Below are positions 59,701 to 64,000 of a DNA stretch of 64,000 bases, piece after piece (the first letter of the stretch is position 1; each line of letters begins with the position of its first letter). Origin of the DNA: an uncultured Methanosarcinales archaeon. Its GTDB lineage: Archaea; Nanobdellota; Nanobdellia; Woesearchaeales; CAYSVS01. The position numbers were made by a program, and so were the translations under genes. Where the stretch lies: the NCBI GenBank assembly GCA_964434475.1, contig CAYSVS010000002.1:7604-71603 (forward strand), in the 5' to 3' direction. The notes under the pieces are model-generated. The model had not been told where the DNA came from and ran no database searches. It worked only from the letters and a program-made list of their open reading frames with translations.

Positions 59701-62700
59701 CAATAATGGCGCAACAAATTTGACACTGACAATACCTAAGAATTACGCAGATATTTTCGCCTTGGATAAAAACGGAAATAGGATAAAATTGGCAAGCACT
59801 GGCTTGAAATGCGGAGAAGAGTTTGAGGAATTTGCAAAAGATGAAATGTTTGTAAGGGAGTATGAAGATTTTGAAGTTGCAGGAAATATTGATGAAAACA
59901 ATAAAAATATCAATCATGAATATTATGATTTTGAATTCATTACAGATGATAAATTTAAGGTTGTTTTGAAAAAACCAAAAGATCCAGTTTTAGAGCCTAA
60001 AAATAATCTTTTGAAGATAAGCGGAAAAGCCATTGCATTGCATATAGATAAAAAAATAGTATCTGGAAATCTAAAGATAGCCTTGCCTTTGGTAAAAGAT
60101 GAAAAGATAGAAGAAGGAAGCTATAATGTTTATGTTATGGTTCCTGGTCAGCAATGGAAGTTGTTGGAAAGTGATGAATATGAAAAGATAATAAGTTCTA
60201 GATTAAATAACCTTAGCAGTTACATAAACAGAAATAATGAGATTGTTTTGGCTGTAATAGGTAAGATATGCGCTAACTGTAAGTACAGCACACTAAAAAA
60301 AGCGTATGATCCTGGCAATACAAGAGATGCATTGCTGATGATACATGGATTAGGAAGCTCGCCAAAAACATTTGAGAATGTGCTTAAGGATATAAGGATG
60401 ACTAACCAGCCATGGCAGGCTTGGACTTACGGATATCCTACAGAAAAGAGCGTTAGTAAAAATGCGATTGAGCTTGCACACCATCTTGAAGCAAATGCAG
60501 ATGAATTTGATTATATGTATATTGCAGCGCACAGCATGGGCGGACTAGTAGTAAGAGAAGCGTTGTATTATAGCTATCTTGTAAATAAGGAAAAACCAGG
60601 AACATTCAAGTATTTGGATAAGATCAAGAAAGTAATACTTATTAGTGTTCCGAATAAAGGGAGCCCTGGCGCAGAGTTCTTATTAGGATTATCTCAATAC
60701 CTGACAAACGACAAATCAGACACAGCAATAGTGAATCTGGATAGCAAAGGCGTGCAAGATCTTATCAATGGTACAGAGACACCTATGGTGTCTGGAATAA
60801 AGTATTATGTTATTGCTGGAACAAAAAGCTATGAATTCGGAAAAAGCATATTAAGGGTTGAGTTGTTTGAACAAAACGTAACAAACGACGGACTTGTTTC
60901 TGTAGATAGTGCACAAAAAGTAGGGGGGGCTGTACTTGATGATGAGTGTGAAAACTATTGGGAAATATATGAGACACATACAGAAATATTAGATAATCCT
61001 ATATCACGAAGATTAGTAGAAAAGATAGTAGCTGAAGAGATAGCTAAAGGAATAAAAAACACTGCAATATTAGGAAATATAGTCTATTATGATCTGCCTA
61101 TCAAATGCGGAGAGGATTATGTTGTTCTTGGCAAGAAAGTTAATCCAAATAAACAGTATGATCCAACAGGATGCTTATGCGGAAATGGATACTGCGGCGA
61201 AGGAGAGGATAAAGAGAATTGCGCAATAGACTGCGATACTTTATTGAATAAAGAGAATATATGTAAAAGTTCGCCATTTGCAATATTATTGCTTATTGTT
61301 GTTATGCTGATAATAGGAGCCCCTTATGTTTATGAAAAATATATCAGACGCTTGAGATTTGCAACAGTTTTGAAAAACAGGATGGTATGCTGCTTTGTGT
61401 GGACAGCATATATTATTGCTGCTGTCAATCTTATGCTGTTCTTGTATTATAAGCAGTTTTGTATCAGCTATTATAGTGTGGGGCTGGGTAAGAATATGCT
61501 AATAGCTTTAGGCATGTTGATTGTTGTATTGTTAATATATGATTGGTTCATATATAAGTTTAGGAAAGAAGAGAAGAAGCTTGAGAAAGAGTTCAAGTTT
61601 ATGAGTAATATTGCAAGATTGTTTAGACTCCATGTTAAGTTGATGTTATGGATAGTTTGGATATTGATAGTTATAGGTTATGCTGCAGGAATGATGGTTG
61701 TGTTTAACATCAGTGAAGAGTTATTTGCAAATCTGTTGTTCAATGTTATATTGGTGATATTGACGTTTGTAGCTGTAAATACCTTGAACTTCTTTGTTTA
61801 CGAAGAAAGGAAGATAGTTACAGGATTGGAGAAGAAAGAGAAAGAGATAGAGAAATTGGAAAGATTTGAAGAAAAAGAGATCAAGAAAGAGAAGAAGAAG
61901 ATATGGGAATTGGAGTTTAAGGAATTGTTTAAGTCCAAAAAAGAAGTCAAGAGATTGAAATCTTTAGAAAAAGCAAGGAAAGCCAGGTTTAAAAAACTGA
62001 AGAAAAAAGAAAGGAGAGAGAAGATAAGAATATTCAAGATAAGGGTTAGGAAGGTCAAGGACAGGCTTTTGCATAAATTAGGTTTAAAATATACTATAAA
62101 GGAAAAGGAAAGGCTGTTTAAGAAAGAAAGATTAAAGAATTTAGAAAAAGCTAGAAGGGTTAAGAAAAGGAAAGCGAAAATAAAAAATATGAACAAATAC
62201 CTCAACAAACTAAAAAACAAGATTAAAAGGTATTTCAAGAAAGAATTGAAAGAGGTTAATGAAGATTACAAAGAATGGTATGAAAAAGAACTGCGTAAAA
62301 TTGAAAGAGAGAAAATCAGAAGGATGGTAAGAGCAAAGAAATGGTATAAATTCTTAAGAAAGATTGGATTGTACCATACCAAAAAAGATAAGCAGATGTT
62401 GTTAGATAAGAAGAGATTGAAAAGTTTAGAAAAAGCAAGAAGAGTTAAGAAATTTAATTCTATAATTAAAAAATTGCATAAAAGAAAGCTAAAACCTCTA
62501 GAGAAAGCAAGAAAAGCCAGGAAGAGGAAAGCAGAGCTTAATAGGATTAAAAGAAAAATCAATAAGTTGAAACAAAAAATAATCAAAAGTTTTGGAAAAA
62601 TAAAGATAAAGCCAAGCTGGAAAACAAAAGAAAGGCTGGCTAAATTAGGATTATACAGCAAAAGAAAGATTATTGAACATAATGAAAGAGTGGAAAGAGC

Positions 62701-62803
62701 AAAGATTGTGAAACTCATGAAGAAAGATAAGAAAAAAAGGAAAAGAGAAGCTGATAAAGAATATGATGATCTAAAGTATGGAGAGCAGACAGATTGGGAG
62801 TAA
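47738..62803 (+). CDS. giant (5,021 aa) multidomain cell-surface protein with embedded lipase-like hydrolase domain and C-terminal 5-TM anchor
   Basis: A single uninterrupted 15,066-nt ORF. An N-terminal hydrophobic signal or anchor (LSIIVLLVVSLVLGLSV) is followed by an Asn-rich region dense in N-x-S/T sequons. Next come DUF11-like β-sandwich repeats, FN3-like and cadherin-like domains, 8 full and about 5 half Cys-rich repeats, an α/β-hydrolase domain (IHGLGSS, AHSMGG), five C-terminal TM helices and a K/R-rich repeat tail. Confidence 0.85.
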   Translation: MNEKLMEGLSIIVLLVVSLVLGLSVNYEDNITGFSIANFENTYMANDSININTDFKFNCFDMNNTKILVEFNNNTEIYHIEELEHSAVYDKTYVLNIKVKLDNPEQIGEYLLKIKATSDNETHNLEKKILIMNKTNLIEIEKEASNSTDIETNETNVVEINETEKKTDIENVINETQISNQTEAHNDLATDDTMHQDNNETGNITIRINQSQTNTEGNEHMDDAFNETNITKNIKQTQKYETFTLQSKEGKDIGVFEISAKDSKYNLKIYEVAKNSTIQAEATIKGMKDIPIVKTKIGRINEKHIKTKVFAIEHIKIQEAEIILPKTGYVDTIYRCNNFDIDIFECEEEWQKTNIEFEDLENRIKFTVDHFSAYAGGIGYDSRLYIYDDTDFEIKQVEENILFYANYTNSSNQTILDSNCTIEFNITGNWEGLSNMHYNESLELWFFNRSFNASGENQFNVSCTSSYDNLSAIDSITIYNDHSGPYWTENKTNFEGVSTYEKDKEYMFNVTWNDANDINEVIIEHDFNSSVHNYSVNNIGNEYYYTYTGLKTGTYNWKEYAYDILGNLNSTDEWQFEIVKAEPVLNLTLNRIQGNVLVNENQNLNINAYCQEPHNEYVELYLNDSLINKGTGILSNTTSFANAGLHNSTIRYLGNENYTSANITYNISVNSQPYIDPAVPNVSIYRDYGDYEINLTHYENDLEDSAENLSWSIGYINNSLLQYIFNEDVLTLTTVSAAHGVDKLELILTDSNGLNDTQNITVFIPSIELHSEIGELFIIVNNTNSTSIILNVTDYYADVNLTVNNSKCSLDNYSLVNFIGKKDINLSCNFNYSQNISEYVLIDTNKSNNLTIKITPVEPRFNLEQISGYNIVSGGSFDNSIMLNVSYVFALDVNNTIDCPNNWGCNVSPEHYAKLEIGNYGINYSIIVPDDESAGNYRINYSTYDQYGRKEDNLFYVNVSQTPFIFVEKNNLSAYVDICEDIEYNIYFENNDLVNLDNITIIDYLPSDLEFNSWSTENNRTIVDMYNTNSRIVWNKSSMEIGENISISLNLTANCSAYGYNINKANITYYWNTTSGARRNKTTEIEAHRVYVNKPKIELEIVPDQTLKNLNQTITWTLRIRNTGNATAYNINISYLTEQGFEYISFSDMSNISNSKPGYGVDNNHSILWIANITKGDEWTAEVYANPKYCDENLLDSNLSVKDICGCDEFDKHLESNISLRKIIINKTTKKTELGIGELNTYTIEALVCGEYKNLTITDSFPNLLNFTKNDSYVDDNDINITTIKTDRNFRWTLKNHTGNMKSLEKYVHIRLNISQYPNNLSNDNDEITNNATLLYYNSSEDESDKFYETGTSAGETSISQSTITVYEPDVQISVETLKDTWNISDELHVNITLVNIGNNDAYNLTINSSYVDGLELINSSYEMDYNDTELFSWKIGKLEQAQQFSIIVNYLVNETYKDARRVLADDYLGIDADIEYYSYYLDNEHNAVPREYYDQDNKQIKIDRAYLNFDTDKIVAAIGEKITYDITADFSKVYANDAHIINKIPFGTEFIRYTNSSYMDLTVDMNRLIFNLTNITERKKINLSIEVYVNSSAYDGQNLINYVNLTYQNSTDDEFVIQHSSTVTVREPFIDIIKELMSSQEIKIGDVVEYNITIINNGLYDGYNVTMQENISDGLILNSSSPAYDSKNGNILVWHYSKFQKQTTKNILLNLTVNRTYKSGEYVSANDVFNNHVDINYYGFNSTIAEEYNATVNAYYNETYSDNKVELIKPRIYVFRDKTNATIGENVSYNIVLNFTETAGNYVELNNTLDQGFVLINATNNPSYNGRNLLWSFGNISLQRIEINYSVYINDTSINEKGRNVEQKFDLKYESHNLTKHYLNNKTYIEIKEPNVTIFKQLMSDPNSGIGEVIEYNITIVNRGNSDAFNVTIKDRIPNGTYYNTSNPGFVKEENKYLLWNYSRLDAGDYRTILLNFTINNSYDDRSIVNSGDIFGNSVNMTYYSYNYTLANPYKGKTRKYYIGTNSDAFVIISPEFGKITSPLKTIAGIGENINYVINVNYTAGANNVTVNDLLPDNIVLVNYSFEDNATTDNKTIQWNFGRVGEIRQDNINIRTYVNDSSSVYDGIEIEKNYANLTYIGENNTVYNLSSLSNTVTVREPNVNLSIVLIGNKHLKIKDNVEYKISIENIGNYAAYNVTLHDKIPDGLFYNSSNIGYKAFEDNILEYNYPKISAGTVKNILLNLTINGTYADGNLVSSNDSIYDSINTTYYSFNQTKAKEYGGIVREYFNSSYSENISLIAPTIEKYVNSSFGYEGDIIKYVIEVNASNGLRNFTVEDNLPEGLTYVNDTRHIYSSLDGNNITWEFGDVPNQFTYINITVNISSSPDQGDGVYIDNNTATIYYMNSNKKVFSLNSTSSRTEMNVPPEQINLTSPVDEHNTTNRQPSFDWGDSNDLDIVDSIKYYLEISNSSCFEYLYADQNTTLSEYTLTGVQSLSDGQYYWRVKICDDSLKLNNCSYSYENFTFRVDNGAPEITIHEPDEDEVVAWLVYFIANATDNLTHTDKVWYTISNNTLMQQGFLNMSNSWEAVWNTANIVSNSTDINHFNFTVYANDTLDNTANKTIAFVVDNRNPGLQIISPDKTYHNANIGLDIRLSNEHLNKSWFEINYSSRALLISNNTEIGKPRFNWTQQIDLSIEDNYTLTVYAEDEVGNNITKQTWFVYDTSAPNHQLFRSPIPAYTTDNITLSVIVNDNYNIDTVYITHNASGTYENHSVQISGNNYSRIIYHNETSNQENIGWYTWINDSAKNVNISSIEAIKIENRVPVFSPLLSNKIAQEDQEFRYNINATDYDYEDSINYTTNATEFMINKNTGLINWTPTNEDVGVLVVNVTICDNSTAAAYCNSSVFNITVNNTNDAPYAVSLGLPENNSITNDPNPYFNWSVANDVDAGDSLTYYLILDNNSDFSSVELIQNTTNNLYGLTNSQNLSNDQWYWRVRTCDDSYSTNNCTYSAENFTFTIDESTSIVTLTEPIDGHNATKNNMTFICNVTDNYGLKNITLFANITGWNKFGSTNISGKKNSSVFVVTNISDGSYVWNCLAYDMAGNYNWALSNNTFRIDTNAPNITYYYPSNGASLGYTTTKVEAEIRTDELSVCWYNFTNKSFVYSQGNNFNDSYRYNHSLNISISQGQSYSIYYLCNDSYGNLNNESYVHSFSVQTQPDDPSGGGEEEPPAEPECTASWECTAWSPAICPPSGIQTRSCTCSCPGGTGCTGDYSTSRTCVYTPTCDDGIKNQDETDVDCGGSCLGCSTGKQCSQQTDCLSGLCVSNVCREVGCFNNIKDGDETDIDCGGSCSKCAVNKACSSKSDCLSNLCINNICKNPSCTDSLKNQDETDIDCGGNICSGCAVDKNCNANSDCQSNYCIGGKCKIASCSDGLMNQDETDVDCGGSICGKCSIGKECLIDPDCINNNCVLGQCVEVSCDDGIQNGDETDVDCGGVCGKCRIGSSCALDSDCENNNCLSNVCAAENCDDNIKNGDETDVDCGGSCPRCDTGKSCSVNSDCSSNSCIDNICGAPNCEDNSKNQDETDVDCGGSCYACEDGKQCSVNSDCASLFCKENVCRQASCTDTIINQDETDVDCGGPCQGCTAGKNCMVDSDCISKYCVAGMCETASCTDGVLNGDEEGIDCGGSCPACASCDDGIKNGDEKGIDCGGSCPACFLECSDGTQAGKCSVEKPKYCTLDEALVFDCENCGCPNTGDVCQADGKCRGIGSCSDRIQNQGETGVDCGGPCKACEATCFDGLKNQGETGVDCGGPCEPCAKEPLLEKPGQFEFDEIQSYEFMLYENDMQEFEIDNIKHTVHVSKVYLDSADLIISSDPIKVNVKLGKESYVDIDGDNIYDIRLLIKDIADKGISLKITVLEERITAAQRIRQLLGLEERESSIIPQDINIDNMPCLKDPKSSQNKISVFGSDFKFDTPIGYDVLIDGFNIMCNNGATNLTLTIPKNYADIFALDKNGNRIKLASTGLKCGEEFEEFAKDEMFVREYEDFEVAGNIDENNKNINHEYYDFEFITDDKFKVVLKKPKDPVLEPKNNLLKISGKAIALHIDKKIVSGNLKIALPLVKDEKIEEGSYNVYVMVPGQQWKLLESDEYEKIISSRLNNLSSYINRNNEIVLAVIGKICANCKYSTLKKAYDPGNTRDALLMIHGLGSSPKTFENVLKDIRMTNQPWQAWTYGYPTEKSVSKNAIELAHHLEANADEFDYMYIAAHSMGGLVVREALYYSYLVNKEKPGTFKYLDKIKKVILISVPNKGSPGAEFLLGLSQYLTNDKSDTAIVNLDSKGVQDLINGTETPMVSGIKYYVIAGTKSYEFGKSILRVELFEQNVTNDGLVSVDSAQKVGGAVLDDECENYWEIYETHTEILDNPISRRLVEKIVAEEIAKGIKNTAILGNIVYYDLPIKCGEDYVVLGKKVNPNKQYDPTGCLCGNGYCGEGEDKENCAIDCDTLLNKENICKSSPFAILLLIVVMLIIGAPYVYEKYIRRLRFATVLKNRMVCCFVWTAYIIAAVNLMLFLYYKQFCISYYSVGLGKNMLIALGMLIVVLLIYDWFIYKFRKEEKKLEKEFKFMSNIARLFRLHVKLMLWIVWILIVIGYAAGMMVVFNISEELFANLLFNVILVILTFVAVNTLNFFVYEERKIVTGLEKKEKEIEKLERFEEKEIKKEKKKIWELEFKELFKSKKEVKRLKSLEKARKARFKKLKKKERREKIRIFKIRVRKVKDRLLHKLGLKYTIKEKERLFKKERLKNLEKARRVKKRKAKIKNMNKYLNKLKNKIKRYFKKELKEVNEDYKEWYEKELRKIEREKIRRMVRAKKWYKFLRKIGLYHTKKDKQMLLDKKRLKSLEKARRVKKFNSIIKKLHKRKLKPLEKARKARKRKAELNRIKRKINKLKQKIIKSFGKIKIKPSWKTKERLAKLGLYSKRKIIEHNERVERAKIVKLMKKDKKKRKREADKEYDDLKYGEQTDWE
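57580..59200 (+). repeat. in-frame tandem array of ~48-aa (144-nt) cysteine-rich repeats within the giant gene
   Basis: The repeat consensus is C-x-D-x-I/L-K-N-G/Q-D-E-T-D-V/I-D-C-G-G-S-C-x-x-C-x-x-G-K-x-C-x-x-x-S-D-C-x-S-N-x-C-x-x-x-x-C, with 8 Cys per full unit. There are eight full units and about five 24-aa half units. The periodicity is visible at the DNA level. Confidence 0.85.
60300..61000 (+). other. lipase-class α/β-hydrolase domain inside the giant protein (aa ~4190-4420)
   Basis: It has an oxyanion-hole HG box (LLMIHGLGSS) and a nucleophile elbow AHSMGG (GxSxG). A downstream candidate catalytic Asp (TNDGLVSVDS) and His (YETHTEIL) follow. The order and spacing resemble Bacillus LipA-type (Lipase_2/PGAP1-like) enzymes. 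Confidence 0.75.
61250..62803 (+). other. C-terminal 5-TM membrane anchor and cytoplasmic K/R/E-rich repeat tail of the giant protein
   Basis: Five hydrophobic helices are present: FAILLLIVVMLIIGAPYVY, MVCCFVWTAYIIAAVNLMLFLYY, MLIALGMLIVVLLIYDWFIY, LMLWIVWILIVIGYAAGMMVVF and LLFNVILVILTFVAVNTLNFFVY. A roughly 330-aa tail follows, with reiterated KLGL-Y…RLK-S/N-LEKARRVKK units. Confidence 0.7.
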
Positions 62804-62857
62804 AAGAAAATATTTATATAATAAATAATTTATTAATAATGAATAAAGGGGTTAACT

Positions 62858-64000
62858 GTGAAAAAATTGGTGAGTTTAGGGATTGCATTATTGTTTCTGT
62901 GTAGTTTAGCTTACGCAGATGAAGTATGGCATAGTTCTCAATATATAAGATTAAATGGAGATCCTTCTCATAACTTATCTACTTGGAGAGATTCAGGAGA
63001 TTATACTAAGATAAATGCAGCTTATCTGTGGAGTTTGGGAAATGTTCCATCAGGAGCAGGAACATTGCCAGCAGTAAATATTCCTAATCTAGATGCTGAT
63101 AAAATAACTACAGGATCAATAGATAATTCTGTATTCAGCGCATATTCAGATTTAACTGCAGAAGGATATCTTGATAATGATGCTAATGGTGATCTGCTTA
63201 CAAGAACACAATCAGATTCTAGATTCGTAAATGAAGGGCAAGCAGATTCGATAACTTCTGGAATGGTTAATTTCAATTACGCTGCTTCAGGTTCAGAAGG
63301 AGGGGCTGCTACAGGATTAGCTTGCTCAGGAACTTGTGTATCTTCAGGAGAGGTTGATTTTAATTATGCAGCTGGCGCAACCAAAGGCGGCGCTGCTACT
63401 TCGGGCGATTCGGCAACAGCATTCTTTTCAACCGGAACATTAGAGGATGAGAGGATAGCATCAACGATCGCAAGAGATTCTGAAGTCACAGCAGCAATCG
63501 CAACTAAAGATGAGTGCTCAGAAATAAGTGGATGCGTTGTTGGCGCGATAACTGACGATACATCAGTTCCAAAAAATCATATGGCAAATTCAGGAACATT
63601 AGGATTTGATTGGGCTGATAGTGAGGTTGTTAATGATTTGACAATTACAAGTTCAGGCAGTGTTGATGCTGGTGCGATTAAGTCTGGCACTGTGGCTGAT
63701 GCGAGGATAGCATCAACGATTGCAAGAGATTCTGAAGTCACAGCAGCAATCGCAACTAAAGACCAATGTTCAGAAATAAGCGGATGCGTTGTTGGCGCGA
63801 TAACAGATGATACATCAGTTCCAAAAAATCATATGACAAATTCAGGAACATTAGGATTTGATTGGGCTGATAGTGAGGTTGCTGATGCTTTGACAATTAC
63901 AAGTTCAGGCAGTGTTGATGCTGGTGCGATTAAGTCTGGCACTATGGCTGATGATAGATTATCTTTTACTTTACAAGATGCTGTAAATGATGGCGGTTGT
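62858..64000 (+). CDS. secreted repeat protein (GTG start; 3' partial, continues beyond window)
   Basis: The frame opens after a TGA at 62840. GTG at 62858 is preceded by an AAAGGGG Shine-Dalgarno sequence 6 nt upstream. A signal peptide is present (VKKLVSLGIALLFLCSLAYA). The product is Gly/Ser/Ala/Thr-rich and contains near-identical 84-aa (252-nt) tandem repeats. It is absent from the ORF track because it lacks an ATG start. Confidence 0.6.
   Translation, partial: MKKLVSLGIALLFLCSLAYADEVWHSSQYIRLNGDPSHNLSTWRDSGDYTKINAAYLWSLGNVPSGAGTLPAVNIPNLDADKITTGSIDNSVFSAYSDLTAEGYLDNDANGDLLTRTQSDSRFVNEGQADSITSGMVNFNYAASGSEGGAATGLACSGTCVSSGEVDFNYAAGATKGGAATSGDSATAFFSTGTLEDERIASTIARDSEVTAAIATKDECSEISGCVVGAITDDTSVPKNHMANSGTLGFDWADSEVVNDLTITSSGSVDAGAIKSGTVADARIASTIARDSEVTAAIATKDQCSEISGCVVGAITDDTSVPKNHMTNSGTLGFDWADSEVADALTITSSGSVDAGAIKSGTMADDRLSFTLQDAVNDGGC
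63452..64000 (+). repeat. 252-nt near-identical tandem repeat (>=2.2 copies, runs off window)
   Basis: The unit starting at 63452 (gaggatagcatcaacgatcgcaagagattctgaagtcac…) recurs at 63704 with only a handful of substitutions. The encoded unit is ARIASTIARDSEVTAAIATKD(E/Q)CSEISGCVVGAITDDTSVPKNHM.NSGTLGFDWADSEV…SGSVDAGAIKSGT.AD. Confidence 0.85.

Noticed and set aside
48001-62718. Other short antisense or alternative-frame ORFs within the giant gene (e.g. 48001-48255, 51229-51525, 59468-59917, 61798-62238, 62266-62718)
   Set aside because: They are low-complexity, Leu/Phe/Ile-rich products typical of antisense reading of AT-rich coding DNA, and all are fully contained in the 15-kb sense ORF.
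63022-63276. Minus-strand 84-aa ORF
   Set aside because: It lies entirely within, and antisense to, the GTG-initiated secreted repeat protein ORF on the + strand, which has a signal peptide and a Shine-Dalgarno sequence.
1-64000. CRISPR arrays, rRNA or tRNA genes, transposases, integrases and prophage modules
   Set aside because: None of these is present. The only interspaced repeats are the ATTAAGTA promoter boxes and in-frame coding repeats. There is no integrase, transposase or DDE motif, and no GC-rich RNA-gene-like islands.

Overview
This is an AT-rich, gene-dense chromosomal segment that looks archaeal and most likely comes from a reduced-genome DPANN-type lineage. Three things point that way: archaeal and eukaryote-type ribosomal proteins (L32e, L19e, S4e, L34e, L14e) together with SUI1 and RNase P p29; a single-polypeptide PriS–PriL primase; and no adk or cmk genes next to secY.

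Housekeeping genes fill the first 47 kb:
- A DEAD-box helicase, Hef, HtpX, a Toprim protein and the fused primase (1–9 kb).
- A 25-gene ribosomal-protein supercluster running L3 to L15, then SecY, a DUF106/Oxa1-like insertase, L34e and L14e (9.9–25.2 kb).
- A PHP phosphoesterase, PheS/PheT, a TrmB regulator, a bacterial-type Pta–AckA pair and Pelota (25–34 kb).
- Five consecutive genes for secreted or membrane proteins, three of them tandem lipoprotein-like paralogs (33.8–39.7 kb).
- A coiled-coil protein, the RFC small subunit, a PRC-barrel protein, TyrRS and a TldD/PmbA pair (39.7–47 kb).

The accessory module begins at 47 kb:
- An intergenic region carries four ATTAAGTA boxes phased at 21 nt and a TATA box.
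- A small duplicated-HTH protein follows, with its stop codon overlapping (ATGA) the start of a 15,066-nt gene.
- That gene encodes a 5,021-aa mosaic protein: N-terminal signal or anchor, an Asn-rich region dense in glycosylation sequons, DUF11-like super-repeats, FN3-like and cadherin-like domains, about 13 cysteine-rich repeats, a Bacillus-LipA-like α/β-hydrolase (lipase) domain, and a C-terminal 5-TM bundle with a K/R-rich cytoplasmic repeat tail.
- A GTG-initiated secreted protein containing near-identical 252-nt tandem repeats comes next and runs off the window end.

No rRNA, tRNA, CRISPR or obvious mobile elements were found.
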